Shown piece by piece: positions 37,250 to 50,211 of a DNA stretch of 51,290 nt; position 1 is the first letter of the stretch, and every line of letters begins with the position of its first letter. Both the position numbers and the translations under genes were made by a program. Location of the stretch: positions 112,254,043 to 112,305,332 of the forward strand of contig NC_068981.1 of NCBI RefSeq assembly GCF_001194135.2, written 5' to 3'. Under the pieces are notes generated by a model. It ran no database searches. It worked only from the letters and a program-made list of their open reading frames with translations, and was not told the DNA's origin. Source of the stretch: Octopus bimaculoides (Eukaryota).

Positions 37250-40200
37250 TGTAACAATATATAGTCAAATATAAATGGTCTTTGACCATTTATGTACCGT
37301 TCGGCCAGACATAGTGACATAGGGTTCGCCCAAGTTAGGTTGTAACGATGAAGGTGGTGTTGTTGAAGGTGTATGCAGTGCGGATGGTGTTGGCAAAGGT
37401 GTATGTAGTGGTGATGGTGTTGACAAAGGTGTATACAAAGGTTGAAAGGCGGGCATGGCAGTAGTGTCAACGAAAGATGTAGTTTTATCAAAATACGCTT
37501 TTTTCAATCGGTCTACAGACACAGTCTCTGTACGACCATTAGCGTCTATTTTTTAAAATTTGGGTGTGCGAGAGAGCACGTGAAAGGGTCCTTTATAAGG
37601 AGAAACAAGGGATCCTCTGACAGAATCTTCCCTAACAAAAACATGCATCCAAGAATTAAGATCAGATGGCACTTTAGAAGGTGGAGATTGGTGTCAGGGA
37701 CTCAGGAGGAAAGGTAGAAAAATAGCTGTGTAGTTGAGCGACATAAGACTCTGGATTGAGAGACTGTGACTTGTCCGGCACCAACATCGTACCAGGCAAT
37801 GCCAGTGTGCTACCATACAACAGCTCTGCTGAAGAAAAACCCAGGTCTGCTTTAACCACAGTCCGACATTCTAGGAGGACGATAGGAAGAAGTTCAGTCC
37901 TTGACTGCAGATCAGCAAGGCACGCAAAGCGGCCTTTAGTTGCCTATGAAAACGCTCCACCATCCCATTAGAAGCAGGATAATAGCTGGTGGTGTGTATA
38001 TGATGCACCCCCAGGATTCGTGATAATTCACGAAATAAACAGCTTCAAATTGTTGACCACGATCTGTGGTCAAACTGGACAGTACACCGAACCTAGAAAT
38101 CCAGCTGGAAACAAAAGCTTTCGCAACAGTCTCAGCAGAAATATCTGCTATAGGAATGGCTTCTGGCCAATGGGAGAACCGATTGACACAAGTTAAAATA
38201 CATGAGAAACCACGAGCCATGGTCCAACCAGGTCATGGTGGACATGGCGAAAATGGGCCTCAGGAGTAGGAAACTGTCCAAGCGGAGCACGAACGTGCCT
38301 ATGGACTTCATACACTCTGGCACTTCATACAAGAGCATGCCCAAGTGGTGATCGATTGCCGCATATTGGGCCAAAAGAACCGAGCAGTAACAAGCATTAC
38401 TGTGGCAGTGATGCCCAGACGTGACAAGTAATGAAGGGCATCAAAAACAGAACGTTGATGGTTCTCAGGTACTAAAGGCCTAGGAGAACCGGTATATGTG
38501 TCACACAATATAGAGCCTTCTGATGAAGGGAGTGGAAGATAGGCAAATTCACAATTGTTGAATTTTGGCGAAGTTAAATCTAACTTTGACAAGTTAGGTT
38601 GGTCCTGCGAAATAGCAAGTAAATCAATTGTTGCAGGAGAGGAAATAGAACTGACAGGGAGTCTCGAGAGAGCATCAGCAGGGATGTTCTCCTTCCCTGG
38701 CACATGACGAATGTCACCTGTAAACTGTGAAATATAGTCCAGGTGACGGAAAGCACGAGGAGTGAGTTTGTCTGTTTTAGAAGACAGAGCAAATGTAAGG
38801 GGCTTGTGATCAGTATAAATCACAAACTCCCGTCCCTCGAGCTAGTGCTGAAAATGCCAAGCCGATAGATAGATCGCTAATAACTCACGATCAAAAGTAC
38901 TATATCTGCATTCGGCAGGCTGCAATTGGCAAGAAAAGAAAGCCAAAGGTTTTGTTTGATTATCTACGGTGTGCTGCAAAACAGCACCAACAGCAGAATC
39001 TGAAGCATCCACAGATAAAGAGTGGAGCATCAGGAGCCAGATGTGCAAGAACAGGAATGGAGGATAATTCCTGTTTCACAGACTCAAAGGCAGACAATGC
39101 CTCAGCTGAAAGAGTGAGTTGAGCATCTTTCTTAGAATGGCCTTGCAGTAACCTTGTTAAAGGGAAGTAGCTTGTCCGCACACCGGTCTATAAATCTTCT
39201 GTAGAAGTTGACCATACCTAAAAAATAGCGAAGTTGATGCAACTTCTTAAGTTGGAGGCATGATGTGCTGAATGGCATCGACCTTAGCAGGAAGAGGTTT
39301 GATCCCATTAGAATCAATATAGTGCCCCAGAAATTCTAGAGAGGACTGCCCGCAAACACACTTATCGGGGTTTATCTTTACATTATATGCGCGGAGTTGC
39401 TGAAAAAGTTGCGACAAATGGTGGAGATGATTCTCCTTTGTATCACTAGCGATGAGTAAGTCATCAACGTAAGCAAATGCACAATCAAGCCCACGAACAA
39501 CTTCATCTATAAATCTTTGGAAAGTGCTTGTCGCATTCCGCAGACCGAAGCTCATAAAAAGAAATTCAAAACAGCCAAAAGGAGTAGTGATGGCAGTTTT
39601 GGGAATGTGCTCTGGATTAACTGGAATCTGGTGATAAGCCCAAACCAGATCAATCTTGGAAAAAATAGTACAGCCATGTAAATTAGATGAAAAACCTGCA
39701 GAATCCTAATGGGATAACGGTCAGGAACCGTTACAGCATTAAGTCGCTGATAGTCCCCCACCGGGCGAAAATCAGAATCACCTTTTCTTGCCAAATGAAT
39801 GGGAGATGCCCATGNNNNNNNNNNNNNNNNNNNNNNNNNNNNNNNNNNNNNNNNNNNNNNNNNNNNNNNNNNNNNNNNNNNNNNNNNNNNNNNNNNNNNN
39901 NNNNNNNNNNNNNNNNNNNNNNNNNNNNNNNNNNNNNNNNNNNNNNNNNNNNNNNNNNNNNNNNNNNNNNNNNNNNNNNNNNNNNNNNNNNNNNNNNNNN
40001 NNNNNNNNNNNNNNNNNNNNNNNNNNNNNNNNNNNNNNNNNNNNNNNNNNNNNNNNNNNNNNNNNNNNNNNNNNNNNNNNNNNNNNNNNNNNNNNNNNNN
40101 NNNNNNNNNNNNNNNNNNNNNNNNNNNNNNNNNNNNNNNNNNNNNNNNNNNNNNNNNNNNNNNNNNNNNNNNNNNNNNNNNNNNNNNNNNNNNNNNNNNN

Positions 40201-40540
40201 NNNNNNNNNNNNNNNNNNNNNNNNNNNNNNNNNNNNNNNNNNNNNNNNNNNNNNNNNNNNNNNNNNNNNNNNNNNNNNNNNNNNNNNNNNNNNNNNNNNN
40301 NNNNNNNNNNNNNNNNNNNNNNNNNNNNNNNNNNNNNNNNNNNNNNNNNNNNNNNNNNNNNNNNNNNNNNNNNNNNNNNNNNNNNNNNNNNNNNNNNNNN
40401 NNNNNNNNNNNNNNNNNNNNNNNNNNNNNNNNNTAGGCGAATGCCTAGATTTGTCAGTAGTAAAGCGAAGAGGCCAAATACTACAGCACGACCCAGTGTC
40501 AATCATGAAAGACTTCTTCGACACCTGAAATTGCACGATT
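37250..40540 (-). pseudogene. Gypsy pol (protease, RT, RNase H, integrase), frameshifted
   Basis: FMIDTGSCCSIWP; WASPIHL..GDYQRLNAVTVPDRYPI; [10 protein letters not shown]; DASDSAVGAVL; IYTDHKPL; RFSHWPEAIP; TTDRGQQFE. Confidence 0.92.
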
Positions 40541-40609
40541 AAAAGTAGGTGCAGAGGAAGAAATTGACGTGCTCAATTTCTCCCTTGGAAGTTTTCCGAC
40601 ACTTTAAAA

Positions 40610-41340
40610 GAGCATGGTTAAATGTACTTGTGTGCCCTTTCAGAAAATTTGGCATGGTACCAGCACAAACCAGGACGTTGTCCAGAAGATGAACGACTAC
40701 AAGATCTGTGAGAGCGAGCACGGGAAAAAGGCCTGTTATCCCAACATAGAGCGTCCAACCGACGCGTGAGCTCTTCGAGCTTATCAGCAAAAACATCATA
40801 GGAGCGAGAGGATTTATGTGAGGCAGTTGATGAAGCCTCAGAAGAGAGACAGGCGTCGTGTGCAGGCTGGGCAGAAAATTCAAGAATCTTATCTGCCATG
40901 GTTGCGACTTGATCGACTGTGTTGGCGTCAAGCGCTGTCGCCAAAATTGTCTGCACATGAGACGGCAATTGAGAGAAAAGATCTTACGTAGGAGAGGGGC
41001 GTCAGTCGAATCACCGCTCAACTTCCATAGGTGGCGTAAAAATTATGAAGGTGTCCTGTCCCCTAATTCCTCATCTATCATAAGCTCATTAAATCTGCTC
41101 TCTGCAGACTTAGTGTTGTGATGTAAAATTTCTGCCTTAACAGACACATAAGTGGCGTCTGGGTTCAGAGATGTAACTAAATCTCTGGCAGATGCTGCAA
41201 GCTGTGATGGCAAACTACAATAGAGCAATTTCAGTTGTTTCAACAGAGAAATTCCATATGCGTCAAGGTGTGCCTCTAATTGAGCGAACCATAAGAGCAC
41301 ATCACCAGTGAATGGAGGTAACATGTTTGACGACATGTCT
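40610..41340 (-). pseudogene. Gypsy gag
   Basis: LPPFTGDVLLWFAQLEAH, EELGDRTPS, ADKILE, LCWYHAKFSERAHK motif; one stop and frameshift. Confidence 0.85.
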
Positions 41341-41873
41341 GTTTAAAGATGACTCTGTCAAGGAGAAGAAGGAAAGAAAAGAAACAATGAACAAAATTTT
41401 CTCGATACGAGGACACCAAAAAAACAAGGCCAATGAGAAGAAACAAAATTTTTTCCTGTTCTTGTTTTGTGTGTGGAAGCAACAGTGTGGACAAGAGAGA
41501 GAAAAAAAATGTTCGTAAAAAAACAATGGTGTTTGCTTTTTTTTTTCTGTGTGGGTGGGTGTGTGTGTGTGTTGCTTGTACTGTGTGCAGGAAAAAGTTT
41601 TCACCAACCTTCTCGTATTTTTTCTTCAAGGAAGATATACAGTACAGGGCAGAGAAATTAAATGTGTGTTATATTTGTTTCTGTTGTCCTGTTAACAGCA
41701 AAACGTTAGTGGTGAGATGTATAATTACAACTATAGCACAGACTGACACCATGTGCTTTTTTCAGTGGTTCTTTTTGTTTATTGTTTTGGGAACACCAGT
41801 TTGTAGGAGAAAAGGGAAGAGGTGGTGGTCCGCATGCTGGCTGCTCAAAGTTCTTCTTTTGGGGTCACCAGTT

Positions 41874-42313
41874 TGTAGGTGATAGGGCCACCATCATTGG
41901 GTAACCCTATCCCATACAAATCAATTCTCTTCAATGAAAACGAACACGCTGGATACATTGAATAACAGCATAACAAATATTTATTATGAGGTGCTCAGTC
42001 TACATCTTGGGTAACGGAATTTCCAGGTCGCCCTTTATGGTTGGTGTGAAGACGGTGTTGATGCTGGTTGATTACGTCATTCTTCAGCCTCAGTTAGTGT
42101 AGACTCAAAGGTAGAGTTACAGAGCGGCTCTTAGGGGTCCTGTTGTCCCCTCGAATGTCCAGCGGTAAGAGGTCGAGAAAAGGCGGGAACGCTTTTATAT
42201 AGGATGACCACGCATGCGCATGAGGGATTTCCTGCATGCCTTCCAGAAGACATGTCCCTGTGCATGTGTGGACGAACCTCCCAAAATGACGACTGGTATT
42301 AGGCATCACTACA
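41874..42313 (-). repeat. 5-prime LTR
   Basis: same 440-bp unit, about 27 substitutions (~6%) by manual count; PBS starts 3 nt inside. Confidence 0.95.
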
Positions 42314-44353
42314 AGTGTTAGTGTATTGAGAGAAATCTTAGGCATAAGAGGAATTAGATGCAGTGTGCAAGAGAGAAGACTGTTTTGGTTTGGTTATATG
42401 ATGCATATGGATGAAGACAATTGCATAAAGCAATGCCAATCATTTTAAATGGATGGAACTTGTGGAAGAGCAAGACCCAAGAAGACATGGGACAAAGTAT
42501 TGAAGGCTGATCTTAAGATACTGAGCCTTACAAAAGAGATGATAAAGGACCAAGATAAGTGGCACATTGCTTTACTCAAGGAGACCCATCTGCCACAGCA
42601 GAATTGATATCCTAAAACCACTTTGGTAATAATTGTCTTCGAGGGGCTCTGTCTCACCACCATCCTCTCTGATCCATCAAGCATTTATCTCCACATTTTA
42701 TCCCCTAACACCCATCACTTCTCTATCACCTGAGAGCAGAATAGGTACATACTACATCCCCTGGCTTTCTCAGTTACCTTTCTTCCCTCAACCCAAATTA
42801 CTTCCATTTCCCATTATCTTCCCCTGCTTATTTTCTACACCAATCACCTATCTTTGCCATCATCTGTCTTACTATCACTCTTTTCTTACCTTCAAACCCA
42901 CTCACTTTTCTATTCCAACTGGTATCTATATAACAAGACACCTATATCTGTCAGTCTATATCTTTAATCTCTCAACTGGCACAAAGCCACCCCCACACTC
43001 AATACTACTACCCCTCCAAAACGAGGAATTGTTTTGTCTTGCAAGGTAACTGGTAACACTGTCAGTGATGGCGTTATGTAGAAAGTGCTGGTGCCACATA
43101 AAAAGCACTAAGCATGCTCTGTAAAATGGTAACATTAGGAAGGGCATCTAGCTGTAGAAACTTTGCCAAACCACACATTGAAGCCTGGTGTGGCTTATGG
43201 TCTTGCCAGTTCCTGTCAAACCATCCAGCCCATACCAGCAGGTAAGAGGTGTGTTAAGAATGGAGTATATCAGAGGAGAACACTGGCTAAAGGCACAAAA
43301 AGGTGATTGGTGGAAATAATGTGGGCTGGAATGACAAATGATCATCATCATCATGATCCATCCATCACAGCAAAAATGATATCTTAAAACCACCTTGATT
43401 GTGCTTGCATATGTGGGTTCCTGTCCTTTCTTTCCTTTGCTCTGTCCCATCAAACATCCCCCCACATACACACATCTTATCCTTTAACACCCATCACTTC
43501 TCTATTTGTGGTACTACTCAGCTGCTATAATCACCAGAGAGTAGAATAAGCACATATTATGTGCCCTCCCTTCCAATTATTTTCCCCCACCCTCTTCCAT
43601 TTCTCATTGTCACCAATCACCTTTTTGTGCCTTTAGCCTGTGTTCTCCTCTGCTATACTCCATTCTTAACACATCTCCTACCTACTGTCACTCTCAGTAC
43701 CCTCTCATATCTACCATCATGCTCCTCTTACCCTCCTATCCCTCCTGAGCCACCCTTTTACCTCTCCACATCATTTGCTTCATGCATTGTTACCCCCATC
43801 TTTCCCCCCTCTATTTCTCCACTTAGGATCCACTGTCTTGAGATGCTTCAGCATTCCACCTACAATTCTATCTTTCCAGCTACTCCCACCCACTCTTGTA
43901 TAATATGGAGTAGTCTTGTATTTCTGTTATAAGACATCTAGGCTTGTTCTTCTGTCATACTCTAGCCTCTCAACAGCTTTTTCTTTTCTTGCCTTGCAAT
44001 TTATTTGGCAATCTCGCTAGTGCTGGTGTCACAAAAGAAAGCACCCAGACATCATGAAGGGTATCCATCATACCAAAGCTGACATTGAAGCTCAACATGA
44101 CCTTACTGCTCACTGGATTCTACCTTTTCCAGCACAAAAAAAATGGATGTTAAATGGATGAAGTCTTGAACACATATTATCAGGGAAGAAGCTAAATACA
44201 AGCGAGTAATGAAATCCTTGGGAGTATAAGACATTGTTAAAAGTTTACCAAATTTACCAGTTTCCAATTATATTATATTGTTGTTTGAGGTTGAAAGTGT
44301 ATATTGCTTGTTGTGTATTTCTATTTTCCTTTATGATTATTTTTGTTTTGTAG

Positions 44354-44485
44354 ATGGTTGACCGCCTAGTGGTTCAGGTTCAAGATACAGTTAATGCAAT
44401 ATCAAGGACATCTACCTCTGGCAGTAGTGATCCAAGCATTGAGCAAGCTGGAAAATTTGTTAATGATGCCAACAACTCTCAACAG
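44354..44485 (+). CDS. CARMIL: CARMIL exon 7 in window (helical dimerisation region)
   Basis: ttgtag acceptor, gtattt donor; MVDRLVVQVQDTVNAISRTSTSGSSDPSIEQAGKFVNDANNSQQ, cf. MIDRICVKVQD...DAKNSKT; phase 0-0. Confidence 0.9.
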
Positions 44486-46907
44486 GTATTTTAGGGCTCT
44501 TTTAATTTAAAATTTGTTATTCGTCTATTTTTATGATCTTTGTATGTATTACTTCTTTTCACATACATACACACACAAAGTTCAAATGTGACCCACATTT
44601 AAGTACTGCTCATATATTAAAGACTTATTACATACAGAAACCCCAAACCACATTCAAAAAGTATCTGGTAATTGTTTAAGATTCTCACATCAATATACTT
44701 TACCTTTTATCTTTCTTGTGGAGACCAGTAAAGTACATAACTGTCAAGTATTGGGATCAATTAAATTTCCTGTCTATCTCCCTGAAAGTTCAAGATAATG
44801 TGTATAAATTAGACATTAATATTATATTCTTGTTAGTAACACTGATAAATGTAATGGCTTACAGAATTTGTAGAATGCAGGATAAAATAGTTTATAGCAT
44901 TTTGATCATTTTCAGTTCAAATTCTGCCCAAGTCTACTTTGCACCTCATCTTTCTAGGGTAATTAAAATAAGTACTTGTCAAGTACTGGAGTCAGTTTTC
45001 TCCCAAATTTAAGGTCTTTGAATTAAATTAGTAATAATGATCAGTAAAGTACTGAGTAAAAATAGTTTGTGATATTTTGTAGCATCCCTCTACATTCTGA
45101 GCTCAATTCCTGTCCAAGTTGACTTTCTTTCATCGTTCAGAGATAATAAAATAACAGTTGATAAATACAATAATCAGTTGTAACCTTCAGGGTGCTGCAT
45201 GAGCAATGTTATAGTCCCATGACTGAAGCCAATGAAAGAATAAAGTAATGCTACAACCATCTCTTCCAACACTACCACAATAGCCTCTGATTTTCGAAAC
45301 TTAAAGTTGAATACTTATTCCCAAAAGTCTGCATAATATACCACTCTATCTTATCCTTCCTATTGCATTTCACCTCTAAATTCCACTGTAGTCAATAATT
45401 TCTCTCCAGTGCTACCACCTCTGAATTCCCTCATCTCACATATCCAAATGTCAAATAAATTTAAATGGAACAACTCCAGACGTTGCTACGTCTCCATAGA
45501 CTAATAAAACTCACATATACAAGTCTTTGTAAGTCAAACAAGGATATGAATAAGCATGCCAAGTAAACCCTATAATACATCTATTATGTTAATTAAAATA
45601 ATGATGGCTTAAACCACATGTGTTAGATATATTGGGCTTGGTTGAATGAATATTTATTGATTGGTATGAAGTTTAGCTGCATGTTGTCCCATAATAAACC
45701 AACTCTGAACATTGTTGAAATAGCATTTATTTTCACAGGAGTAAAACACAATATTTACATGTCTACATAATGACTTGCCAATAGTGAGTGTATTGCAATG
45801 TGCTAGAAATAAATGTAGTTTGTAATTACATAACTGACACAAGAGATTAGCTTTGCATGGGAGGTGGGAATAATGCTTAGACTATCCTAGTTGAAGAAGC
45901 CTTTTAACTTGGTTTCAGCCAAGGAAAATTTGTTGATGTGAAGGACTTGTTGCTTGTGCTTCTGAAGTGCTTTTCTCTCTGATTTGCTTGTGTACATTGT
46001 ACTTATGTACTTAAGTGCAGAAATTACTGAAGCAAAATTGAGCATTCTCTAATGTGAGGTGATATTCCAGTGAGTCAAATGGTTAATAAGCAGGAGATGT
46101 AACCTGACCTAAGTGTGGTCTGGACCTAGTTACTGAAGCTGTAAGGTTTCAATTCTAGGCCTCACTACAGATACTTTAAATGTATGCTAATATATGCATT
46201 TGTGACAGTATGAGTTTTTTAGTAATCACTATGTGTAACTTTGAACAAAAACAAATGTCTTTTTTTATATCTCATAAATATGATGTTTAGTGCACCAGTA
46301 ATTAATAATTGACTGCGAAGTCAGTAAAAAGCACCGTTTATGCAAACTGAATTAAGTGACTATAAATAGGTATAAGATATATCTCTCTTCATAGAAAACA
46401 AAGATGCATGGTCTCTGAAAGATCTCAACCAGGATTAAAACAAAGTCATGCTAATTTTTTTTTTTTTTTTGTCGATAGAAAGATAAATGATACATTTAAT
46501 TTTGTCCAATAAATAGTATATACATCACAGCATATACTATTTACATAGGTATACCTTGATGGATATTCAAAGTAATATGCTAATATTTTGCAAACTCATT
46601 GTACCTATAATAGAACTGAAACTAAACCCTTGTGTTAATAATACCAAATCTTGACTATCAACCTCTAAATGAAATCAAAATGTACAAGAAGTTATATTTA
46701 AGACATTAATGTATATGATAGGAGATAATAACTATAAGGTTCATGATAATAATGCAATGGTGATACTCTAAAGATGATAAAATTTAATACAGCCTATGAC
46801 AGTACTTAGATTATAGCATCAGTCCAGTTTTTTAAATCTTTTATACATTCATTGTTTGCTATCTTTCAAATTTATTGTCATTTTTCAACACCTTTCTTTC
46901 TCTTTAG

Positions 46908-47024
46908 CTTCTACCACTATTTCAGAAGATTGCTTTTAAATCCCAAGACATTGGCAATCCTGTAGAGAAAAAACTGAAAAGCATTGTTTTGGAACTTGAA
47001 GATGTTCTAGCTTCTCATATTCAG
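46908..47024 (+). CDS. CARMIL: CARMIL exon 8 in window
   Basis: tctttag acceptor, gtaaat donor; LLPLFQKIAFKSQDIGNPVEKKLKSIVLELEDVLASHIQ, in frame; weaker similarity to the CARMIL1 LLPNLY...PIQETLESMA segment. Confidence 0.82.
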
Positions 47025-47154
47025 GTAAATATCTGAGTATGTNNNNNNNNNNNNNNNNNNNNNNNNNNNNNNNNNNNNNNNNNNNNNNNNNNNNNNNNNN
47101 NNNNNNNNNNNNNNNNNNNNNNNNNNNNNNNNNNNNATATATATATATATAATT

Positions 47155-47305
47155 TTATTCTTTTATTTGTGTCAGTTATTTGACTGCAGCCATGCTGGAG
47201 CACCACCTTTCAACCCCAGGACTTATTCTTTGTAAGCCTAGTACTTACTCTATTGGTCTTCTTTGCCGAACTGCTAAGTTACACGGATGTAAACACTCAA
47301 ACACA
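47155..47305 (-). mobile_element. SINE family B, 3-prime half
   Basis: gactgcagccatgctggagcacc...ccccaggacttattctttgtaagcctagtactta. Confidence 0.75.
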
Positions 47306-47313
47306 TACATATA

Positions 47314-47697
47314 TATATATAGTTGAAATTTATAGGAAAACAAAAGACGATGAACAACAAGCAGGTGTATTAGTTTGACACTCGGCAAAATGAAAAAGTC
47401 TTTTAGGTTTCGAGCCTACACTCTTCAACAGAAATGAATAAGAGAAAGTAAACAGAGAGAATGGAAACAAATGTGTAGATTTAGTAGTCAAGCATGGTGA
47501 AATCATGCTTGACTGCTAAATCTACACGTTTTTTTTCATTCTCTCTCTGTTTATTTTCTCTTATTCCTTTGTGTTGAAGAACATAGGCTCGAAACGTAAA
47601 AGACTTTTTCATTTTGCCGAGCGTCAAACTAATACACCTGCTTGTTGTTCATACACCTGTCTTTGTCTTTTGTTTTCTATAAATTTCAACTATATAT
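47314..47697. repeat. foldback element with hammerhead-like motif in each arm
   Basis: ~185-bp imperfect arms around loop gtgaaat (47497-47503); motif (C/G)TGTTGA-A-GA(G/A)-6nt-CTC-GAAA-C(G/C)T-A-AAAG. Confidence 0.75.
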
Positions 47698-47899
47698 TAG
47701 ACACTCCTGTGGTCACCCCAGTTTTATCCTGCCTTAACTTCCTACTCATTGGACTTGCATATCTTAACCATTTCCCGATCTTTCTGCACCTCTCATCTAC
47801 ATACCAGCATTCCACCTGGATTACCACTGGATATACTGACTCTATTTCCATGGATTTCACTGGATTTTTTTGTTGAATGTATGTATATTTATCATTCAT

Positions 47900-49271
47900 T
47901 TTCATTTAACATTTGCTTTCCATGCTGGCATGGGTTAGTTTGACTAGAACTGGTAAGCCAGAGGGCTGTACCAGGTCGCCGTCTGATTTGGCATGGTTTC
48001 TATGGCTGGATGCCCTTCCTAATGTCAGTCATTCCAAGTGTGCAATGGGTGCTTTTTACATGCCACTGACACAGGTGCCATTTACGTGACACTGGCGACA
48101 GCCACAACTACGATTTACATGACACTGGCAACTGCCGCAACTACAGTTTCACTTGGCTTGACAAGTCTTCTCCAGCACAACATAATGGGAAAGGTCTCAT
48201 TTACTCGTCATTGCTGCCATGACGAGTAACTGACGAGTAATGCCTTGACATTTGAAGATCACGCTACCGGCAATGGTCATGATTGCGATTTCATGGATGC
48301 CATTCACATGACACTGGCAACACCCACAACTATGATTTCACTTGGCTTGACAAGTCTTCTCAAGCACAGCTTATCGACAAAGGTCTTGGTCACTGGCCAT
48401 CACCTCCATTAGGCCCAATGTTCGAAGAGCATGCTTCACCGCCTCATCCCATGTTTTCTAGGGTTTACCTCTTCCACAGTTTCATTCTACAGTTGGAGCC
48501 TGGCACTTCTTTACACAGCTGTTCTCGTCCATACATCTGATGCCTCTTATGCCCAGTTTTTCTCTGAAGATATCTGTTCTCTGTCATACATGCACGCTAA
48601 CATTGCACATCCAGCGAAGCATACTGGCTTCATTTTTTTCATGTCATCGCATGTCCTCTGCGATCACAGCCCACATAGAGTCCACCTTTCATTTTGAGGG
48701 AGAGGCCTTTTGTTACCAACAGAGATAGAAGCTCTCTGAACTTTGCCCAGCCTATTCTTATTCTATTCTATTCTTATTCTTATTCTATTCTTATTCTAAC
48801 AGCTACACTTTCGGAGCATTCACCTCCACTACTGACTTGGTCATCCAGGTAACTAAAGCTATCAACTACTTCTAGTTTTCTCTCCTGGCATATGATGGAG
48901 TCTATTTTCTGTACATTTCTAGTGTTTATTGTACCTATACATCTGCCACACACAAAGACTATTTTCCCAGTTAACTTTTCTCTGATATCGCTTGCACCAG
49001 GTACTTCTTATGGAGTTTCTGCCTATGCCTTTTCTACAGATCAAGCTAGGTCATCTACCTGCAGGGATTTCTGATTTGTCCACTTTCTTGCCAGATTAAC
49101 TCTAATTCCCTTTGATTCTAGACCTTGCTTCCACACCTGAAATTTCTTTAGTTTTGGAAGTGATTTGGCTATGCGGACAAGGTCATCAGTATAGAGGAGC
49201 TCTCGGGCAGCCCATCTTAAATTTCTCTGTTATTGCCTGGCAGACTATGATGAAGAAGAGTGAGGTGATGA

Positions 49272-49275
<4 letters not shown>
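47900..49275 (-). mobile_element. 5-prime-truncated RTE LINE with UTR
   Basis: SVITSLFFII, ELLY.DDL, RIGWAKFRELL remnants; (CTATT)n insertion near 48755-48800. Confidence 0.85.
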
Positions 49276-49309
<34 letters not shown>

Positions 49310-49884
49310 AGCTTAAAAGCTGCCCTATCGGGCAACTTTTAAGCTAGCTCCTATGGAGGGCTCTTGATTGGGCCTTGGGCCCAACAATAACACTTCATGC
49401 ATTGAGTACATATAAAATTTTATTAAATTTGAACAGTATTTTTCAAACAGTTAAGTATTGCATTAATATTTAAACTTACCTTTTAAGAGGAGGGGGGGGA
49501 AGAGAAAGAGATTTAGAGAGTTAGACTGAGTGAACGAAGGGAGTGGATAGAGAATAATAATGAAAGAAAATGAAACCATTCTTATAGAGAAAATGCTGGA
49601 AAATTTTTCGTTTTGGACAATATATGATAAAACCATTGAAAATATGGAAATTTCAAAGAGAAATGTTGCTTATCTATCTATCTGTCTGACAGTTATTCTG
49701 TCTGCTTCTCTCTCTAACACACACACTCTCTCTCCCTTTGTCTTTCTCTTGCAGCAAATAACTGTGGATGGTACTCTTACTTTTCTGCAGTTGAAAGGAG
49801 AGGTGGAAAGGAGAGAAATAAAAAGTGTTAAGAAGAGGAGATACAATTGAAATGAGTGGCTGAACGAGAGAGAAGGAGAAAGAG

Positions 49885-49888
49885 GGAA

Positions 49889-49927
<39 letters not shown>

Positions 49928-49935
49928 GAGTGAGT
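49885..49935 (+). repeat. (GA)n microsatellite
   Basis: direct reading. Confidence 0.9.
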
Positions 49936-50211
49936 GAGTGGTAACTGAAAGGAAGGTAGCATGTTTGTTGGTTTTTTTTTTTAAGTGTTTATCACTATTT
50001 TCAGAGTAGACAGATACATAACCACAGCAAATATTGGATGTTACTTATTTTCCTACAATATTATTAACTACTGTATTCTATATAATGGGTCCCCAGCTGA
50101 TATTGGATATTACATTTACTTTTCTACACTGTAATTGGATGTTACTTCTAAAGATGCTTACATTTTTTTGTATTTCGTAGAATTTCCCAGCGTCCTGTTT
50201 ATACATAATTA

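Larger units (their letters stand above)
36346..42313 (-). mobile_element. complete decayed Gypsy LTR retrotransposon, CsRn1/Kabuki-like
   Basis: two 440-bp TG..CA LTRs, 4-bp TSD AGTG, PBS TGGTGACCCC, PPT AAGGGGGAGC, gag with CWYH motif, PR(DTG)-RT(YVDD)-RH-IN order. Confidence 0.95.

Noticed and set aside
41276-41882. Additional env-like or accessory ORF in the Gypsy leader
   Set aside because: Low-complexity A/T and CA tracts; translations show no recognisable domain
43561-43932. 123-aa Pro/Leu/Ser-rich ORF
   Set aside because: Product of pyrimidine-rich low-complexity sequence; no splice signals or homology recognised
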